64,000 nucleotides of DNA from Eledone cirrhosa (lineage: Eukaryota). Shown here in pieces: positions 53,618-64,000 of the stretch. Made by a program: the position numbers and the translations under genes. The stretch spans positions 350,858,001 to 350,922,000 of the forward strand of contig OZ024743.1 of assembly GCA_964016885.1 (NCBI GenBank). Direction: 5' to 3'. Positions within the stretch are counted from its first letter, which is position 1. The number at the start of each line of letters is the position of its first letter. Below the pieces are notes generated by a model, which ran no database searches, was not told where the DNA came from, and saw nothing but the letters and a program-made list of their open reading frames with translations.

Positions 53618-53949
53618 TGTGTGTGTGTAGCATTCCAGATCTCCCTTTACAACGTTTTTTTCAAAACTGCTAGCGTCTCTTTTTTATCTTCTCACTTTTG
53701 CCACTTCCCTTCACTAACACTTTTTACCTCTTCCTCTCTTCCCATACATCTCCTCCATCTAAGGATAGTATTACGTTTGAACAAGAAAAACAAGATGGTC
53801 ACAGTGGATTACCTTTGATCATAGTTATGTTCCATCAGTGCTGAACTCAAGCTAAACAATGACACAAACAGCAGCAGACAATACCTTTGTACAAGCGAGA
53901 AAGGCTGCAAAATCTTTCTACAATTCCATTTTACCATCTCAACAAAAGA

Positions 53950-54290
53950 AAAGGACACACTGAATTATGTAGTGCTCACTCACGAGTTGAGTTTCCTCGA
54001 TTCAATGAACAGTACTCTTTCCAGTTATCTCGATCTAGCATTATCAATCCAAGATCCGTTAAATTAACACCTGTGTGAGCATATAGCATATCCAGATACG
54101 TTGATGTAGGATGACCTCTACTTCTATGACCGTGCACATGCTTCCATAAAAGAACACGACTGACGTACTCGGTTTTTGTCCAGCAACAATGTCCCGCAAA
54201 ACGAATCCTTCTTAGACGAACAATATCCGACGCGGAAGGACTATCCAGATATAGTTCTCCATTTGTAACTCCCTTGGCTACATACACCTA
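53950..54290 (-). mobile_element. RTE-type LINE 3' fragment
   Basis: TNGELY...SDIVRLRRIRFAGHC....EYVSRVLLW...HGHRSRGHP...Y. Confidence 0.75.
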
Positions 54291-55674
54291 AATGGACAAG
54301 ATTACCATGACTCGAATACCTCTGATAATAAATCTGCTTGATCAGGGCTGACCGGGTGCTAAACAACGACAACCAGTCAATGAACAAATCAATAGATTAA
54401 TCACATTCTAGGAAATACATTGCTGTAAAATAACCGTTTCAAACACCTCAAAAATTGCGTCTGAGTCTATCAACTGAGGTATCACGATATCAATCTAGCC
54501 ACGGTTCACCATTTTCAATGTAGTCAAAGTCACATGCCCTTTGATCAGATTATATATAATCTATATGTGCCCCATATTTATGTATAGATTATGTTTGGCC
54601 AAAATTGACCGACAAATAAGAATGCAAGCTGAATGTAACTGTTGATAACAAGAGAATAACATTATACTATTTCCTACAGAATATTTAAAAAAAAACATAT
54701 CTTATTGATGCTTTTTGGTCTCTGGTGTAAATTATAATACATTATTAAATAAACAGCTCAGCTTCACGTATAAAAGTTTGATATATATGATGGCAGTGTG
54801 CCGAGTACAAGAACAGCCACACGTCTGTTTTAAAATGTTTAAAGTGATTTGTATGGTTCTATTATGTTCTAGCTTTCAGCTGTATACGTCATATTAATTT
54901 ATTCTGACACGAAATCTTCAGCGGCTTTATACTGTGTATAACGCAGAACATATGGTTTCCCAGTAAATATATATCCCCACAAAACACTTCATGATTAGAT
55001 ATCAACATTTAAGGAGTGAATTATATTATAACGGCATCTATTTCGAAGGTGGGCTTGTAATATTCATATCCTTCCTGTCCTGGGCCCTCAACACTTAGTG
55101 GAGTTGTAGGGCCACCGACGTGATATTCGGAATCCACCCTCTTCAGATACTAGTGCACTTGTTTCTTCTAAAGAGTTAGAAAGAATAAGAAAGAATTGTG
55201 CACATTTTGAATAATATATAATTGGAGATATAATCCAAAATGGATAATATTTCCTGTTCACTAGTCTAGGCGTTTAGGTGACTCTGTAGTTGCCGAGTGT
55301 TATCGCGAAGCAGATGATAATCTCAGTCATAAGTCTTCCAAATTCAGATGTAAACATCTTCGGATTTGGTCGAATCGTGAATTTTCCCATATCTTCTGGA
55401 GAAGAAAAGCTATTGGCTTTCCCCAACAGACAGTAATATAAAAGGTTTAGTTTTCTATCCTAAATCAGAGAATATAGGCAACATTTAAAAAACCTAAAGC
55501 AAAAGGTCCGGTACAGCTGCATTTTGGGTAAACACAACAGTGTCGTTGTAACAGGCCAATCACTGGTGGGTGACTGAAGACATGTTTTTTTCTAAAAAAA
55601 AAAAAAGAACTATTTCCGTTCCTTTCTCTTCTCACTCTCTATCTTTCTATTTCATCTTTTATTTCTCAATCTAC

Positions 55675-55710
55675 CTTCTGATGAAGGAGTGAAGTCCGAA
55701 ACGCAAAGAC
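55675..55710 (+). ncRNA. Decayed minimal hammerhead
   Basis: CUU-CUGAUGA-A-GGA-gugaag-UCC-GAAA-CG-cA-AAG. The U16.1 position is C. Confidence 0.45.
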
Positions 55711-55843
55711 TCTTCTCCTACTATCAAGCGTTAAATTAATGTATTTCTTCCTTATACTGTGTTGTTTTCTTTGTTATTTCCGTTTACTGATTGCGCGCGC
55801 ACACACACACACATATACACATATATATATATTTATATATACA

Positions 55844-55926
<83 letters not shown>

Positions 55927-55998
55927 TATATTGAATTAGAAACTCAAAATAGTCTTTTACAATTAAATAGCTCAAGGAAGGGAATCTTTCCGAGCCGT

Positions 55999-56310
55999 GT
56001 AATACAATTGAATATATGAGAGGGATGAACACCAATACAAGTACACATGTGTTCGCATGGCTGCAGAAGAGCACAGGAATGGTGGCTTTCACTTAATAAT
56101 TGTTGCGAAACAGATTTAGATCTGTCCGGGTCTCAAACGTTGCTTCCCCAATATATGTTTGTTATTTTTATTGATATATTACTTTAAATCGAAACAGGCA
56201 ACCATATTGTTTTAAATTAGTATTTTTTCAACCTAGCTAACTTGGTCATTTGCAATGCGAACACATGTATACTTGTATCGGTGTTCATCCTGCTCATATA
56301 TTCAATTGTA
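55999..56310. repeat. Element with ~55-bp diverged inverted ends (56003-56058 vs 56255-56310)
   Basis: TACAATTGAATATATGAG...GTGTTCGCAT / ATGCGAACAC...CTCATATATTCAATTGTA. Confidence 0.55.
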
Positions 56311-56314
56311 TATA

Positions 56315-56401
<87 letters not shown>

Positions 56402-56402
56402 A

Positions 56403-56459
<57 letters not shown>

Positions 56460-56514
56460 TGTATGTACTATCGACCGCTCTTTGGATTTTAGTCTTCACA
56501 TTTATTATTATTAC

Positions 56515-57770
56515 AATAAAAGAGAAAACACAGGTAAGCGTTAAGAGAAGGATTTTATCCAGGTATTTACGACCGTTTCATTGGTAAGTGCAACCTTATA
56601 TTGCTATACTGCAAATAGCAGTCACTCAATTATAATTGTTGTTCAAAACCACCCACTAATAGGCAAACAAAACGTAACACACTTGTACAGGCATCGCAGC
56701 CCACCAATAATGCCAAAGTTGCCCATGACAAGAATTATAACTGCCACCTACCTGAAACCTGTCCATTACATAATGGATCTATGCAGTCTAACCTGGTTTA
56801 CCAATGCACAGTGGAATCAGACAACCAGAAATGGTATTACATCGGAGCGACTGGGAATACATTTAAAGCCCGTTGGTATACACCACCGTTACGCAATGAA
56901 ACATTCCCAGCATCGTTATGTAACTACCCTTGCAAACAAGACCCTGGCAACTGAGGGAAAGTAACCATCAATACACCCTGAAGAGGAAAAAATTATTGAG
57001 CGCGCCCCCCATATCCGAGTGGTATGAAAAGCTGTCGATTATGTGACCTTGAGCTGTTCCACATTTTGAGTTCGAAGAATAAGTTACTCAACAATAAAAT
57101 CGAAAGATCAATTTATTGTAACCATAGACCCAAAGAAAAGTTTTCGCACTACAAGTGCAAATCGACCCCTCAACCTCTTACTACCAACTGACAAATTTCA
57201 TATACTTAGACTTGTATCTAACCCCTTTAATTACCCACAAAAACTAATACCTATATCCCTCCCTTCTCCTTCATTCCTCTTCTATTTCTTCGTTTCCTTC
57301 CTTTCTTCCTTCCCCTTTTTGGCTATCTTTTCTTTTCTTCTTTCTCCCCCCTTCCTTACTTTTATTTTTATCATTATTATTTTTATCTTTATTTTTATAT
57401 ATATATTTATCTCTTATATCTTTTATATATATATTTATCTCTTATATCTTATTATATATATATTTATCTCTTTATATCTCCCCTCTCTTTGAAAATTTGG
57501 ACGTGAACAACAATTATAATTGAGTGGCTGCTATTTGCAGTATAGCAATATAAGGTTGCACTTACCAATGAAACGGTCGTAAATACGTGGATAAAATCCT
57601 TCTCTTTAACGCTTACCTGTGTTTTCTCTTTTATACTTTATACTCCAAGATTGAACGGAATTCTTACAAACTTGTGGAGTTACCCCTAACCGTACGTTGA
57701 AACCGTCCATGAAACTGGCTTTCTTAACCACGAACTGGATCACAATAAGCAATTTTCTTCTTCCATATAT
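56515..57770 (+). mobile_element. Decayed 5'-truncated Penelope-like element with inverted ends (56515-56645 vs 57503-57633)
   Basis: Inverted repeat. Frameshifted GIY-YIG remnant (CSLTWFTNAQ / WYYIGATG.TFK.RW..H / CRLCDLE). GAAA-CGGUCG-UA HHR 3' half at ~57570. Confidence 0.7.
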
Positions 57771-58194
57771 ATATATATATATATTGAGAGTTCATAGTAA
57801 GAATGTATTGGCTTTAACATATGTTTCTCTGCCTATTATAATTGTCTACATATGTCTGCAAATGCTGACTACAATATATATTGTTGAATCATATGCAATA
57901 ATTAATTATTTTTTACACGTCTTCAGAAAGCTTTAACATGGTTGTGGTACTGTCCTTTCCACATGGCAAAGAATTCAGGAATGATTGTTCAATTTAAAAA
58001 TGGTATTTACGTTGAATAAAATAAAATAAAATAAAACAAGAATAAATCAAATGAAAATAAAATAAAATAAAATACAGTAAGCTAGAGCATACATATTTAT
58101 ATATATATATTTATTTATATACAGGTATATATTCATGCACACACAAACACATACATTGCTTCTTTTATTTATCCACTGAGAACAATTACCAATA

Positions 58195-59180
58195 ATCATC
58201 AATAATCATCATTCGTACATACAAACTAATAGACGATGAAACAGGCCCTACAAAGGAGCACGTAGAGTGAGAGAGACATTTTATACATAAACAAGAGGAA
58301 GAATAAAATATATAATAATGAAATGTATAGGGTACAACAAGCAAGTAATTACATTTAATAATTAGATTATAATGAACACAGTAAATAAAATATGGTTTAA
58401 TCTTAAAAAATAACAAACCATCTACATTAGTAGGAAGCGTATAAAATACAATATAAAACAAAAATATTCATACAGGAGATAGAACCTCCACTTATTAGGG
58501 AACCCCAAGACCACAACCACTTTGCACAAGCAGTTTCCCGAACCGTGAAGTCTCCCATATTCTCTGCGACGGGCACCATTAGCTGTTGATAAATGGTTGG
58601 CGACATTCTATAATTAGGTGGGGGAGGGGGAGGGGGCTTCTATATCCTTCCCACACACAACACAGTTTGTATTTAGTACGTGTTAGTTTGTTCAGCTGTT
58701 CAATTAAGCTCTCGTTATTCCTTCGGAGAACTTTAAGTTCACAGACTATAAGGACATGCACCTTTCATTGGAAAGTTTTCCAGCAACCCATTTGCCTTCA
58801 GAATATGTTTATTTTGTTAGTGCTCTTCATTCTCTTTCTATTTTCTTCAGTAGCTTTTCATGTCACCTAAGTTCTAGACCTACTCATAGATGCAAAACGA
58901 TTGCCTTGAACTGGTACTTGGATCATCTGGAAGGCTTTTTGATGGAAGTAGAAACCCTTCAGTTTCCGAGTGCTCCACATTATCGGGCTTTGGTACTGTT
59001 GATGGTTGGACGGGCTGACTGTATATTTTTCTTTCTGTTCTGGCCATATTCAAAACAACGACCGGTGACACTGTAGCATCAACGACAGTAGTAGATGTAG
59101 CGACAGAAGGTATTGTTTTACTCTCAGCCGTTTGCCCGTTAGGGATCTGTTACTGTTGCTGGCTCATTCGCACACCTTAA
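58195..59180 (-). mobile_element. Probable decayed LINE 3' fragment
   Basis: Broken coding-like stretch followed by a 3' UTR resembling the Tx1-like UTRs. Weak. Confidence 0.3.
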
Positions 59181-59316
59181 AATAACCACACTACTAGAAC
59201 CATCGTGATCTCTTCCAAATACGAGGTCTTACTATAATTGAGAATCTCTATCTCTCTCTGTCTCTCTGCTCCATCTCACTCTCTACTATCTCTCTCTCTC
59301 ACTGCCCCCCTCTCTC

Positions 59317-59381
<65 letters not shown>

Positions 59382-59668
59382 ATCTATCTTTATTATTCTT
59401 TATTCACTCACATTCACTTTAACTCACTCGCCTCACCTTTTTTCTCCTAAAAAATTATAATTTTACTTTTTTCTCACTCTCTTTTAATTATTTACTCATT
59501 TCTTTTCCAATTGTCTCACCACCTTTCTCTCGCACTAGCCTCCCGCCTCTGCCTTTCTCATCTACTGATATTTTACCTCTCGAATATTTTCATTTCCTAC
59601 AGATGGACTGTTATTTGTGTTAAGACAGATATTTCCAAGGGTGTGTGTATATACATATATATATATAA

Positions 59669-60357
59669 TAAGGAGTTGACGGACCCAGCATATTTATCAA
59701 TGCTAGGACCGGTTGAATCTCAGCTTAATCAATAGGTAATGTTAAATACATTCCTAGAGTATACACATAGTTATTCGCTTCAATACAAGACACGTAGACG
59801 GGTACCTATAGTAGTCGCCGAACTCGAGTTTCGGCCACATTTAATGTAGCAGTAGGGTGCCCTGCACCCTCTGTCTGCATATATTATGCAACAATACATA
59901 ATCGGCGCATGTGACTTCATCAGCGGGTATCGCCTAATCAATAACCAATCGAACGACAGAGTTCAACCCCAGTCCATGCCGGCTATGACTGTTTGTGACG
60001 GCCGACACAGTAAAGTGATTAGCCCCTGGAATCTGATACAATCCTGTACCCCGATCGGCCACCGATTTATAAATTTACGTGGTGCAGGAGATTAGAAATC
60101 AAATATTTCCGCTCCCATCAAAATCTCAGCCAACGTGTCTCAAACACAAATTAATTAGTGAAAAGTTGGTTATTAGAAAACGCAGTCCCACATCGTTTTA
60201 TAATCGAATGGTAGCATTCGGCTCAGGTTTCCAAGTCCCATGGCGAGAGGATAGCGATAGTGCCTAAAATCTTTATCCGGACATTAAATGCCAACATTTA
60301 TTATACAGCGATGGAGAGGAAGAGAGAAAGCGATAAACAAAAGTTGTGAACTCTTTT
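59669..60357 (-). mobile_element. Non-coding HHR-bearing element between (TA)n tracts (probable PLE pLTR derivative)
   Basis: Unique sequence bounded by TA repeats and containing the HHR at 59818-59926. Confidence 0.5.
59818..59926 (-). ncRNA. Type I hammerhead with a branched, extended stem II
   Basis: Reverse complement reads CCG-CUGAUGA-AGUCACAU...AUGUGGCC-GAAA-CUCGAG-UU-CGG. Internal hairpins AGGGUGC/GCACCCU and UGCAUA/UAUGCA. Stem I is only 3 bp. Confidence 0.7.
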
Positions 60358-60581
60358 ATATATATGTATGTAAACCATGTTCTTTTATATCATATTCTTA
60401 TTAATATACAACTTAACTCCATTATAAATTTTATTATACACTTCCTTATCATGAAGAAGCCCAACAACCCTTGGCTAAAACCTGTACGATAAATTCATTT
60501 TTTGTAAATAAATGTTTTGCTGTTATTCTATGAGAAAATCCCATTAGCATTTTCTACTGTTTTTCCTCAACATTCTAAATA

Positions 60582-64000
<3,419 letters not shown>

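Overview
Eukaryotic, AT-rich, gene-poor DNA dominated by (TA)n, (CA)n, (GA)n and (TATG)n microsatellites and transposon remnants. The SINE types and repeat landscape suggest a mollusc, probably an octopod cephalopod (inference). I found no convincing host protein-coding gene, and most ORFs in the track are microsatellite read-throughs. The window contains at least five Penelope-like elements (PLEs: RT and/or GIY-YIG, inverted 5' copy of the pLTR, all inserted in (TA)n), Tx1/L1-like, RTE and CR1 LINE fragments, tRNA-derived SINEs, two back-to-back non-autonomous Helitrons and a pogo/Tc1-type MITE. The main hidden signal is a large set of type I hammerhead ribozymes (HHRs) from several unrelated repeat families. 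The most striking is a non-coding ~500-bp tandem array (26533-29350) with one minimal HHR per unit, next to a Penelope element, with a diverged relative at 12702-13515. It looks like a non-LTR retrozyme copied by rolling-circle reverse transcription. Other HHRs have unusual cores (A at position 4, U.U at the base of stem II) or 60-116 nt stem II insertions. One Helitron keeps an intact spliced 107-aa STPR-repeat mini-ORF that the ORF track misses. All folding and alignments were done by eye, so coordinates may be off by a few nt.
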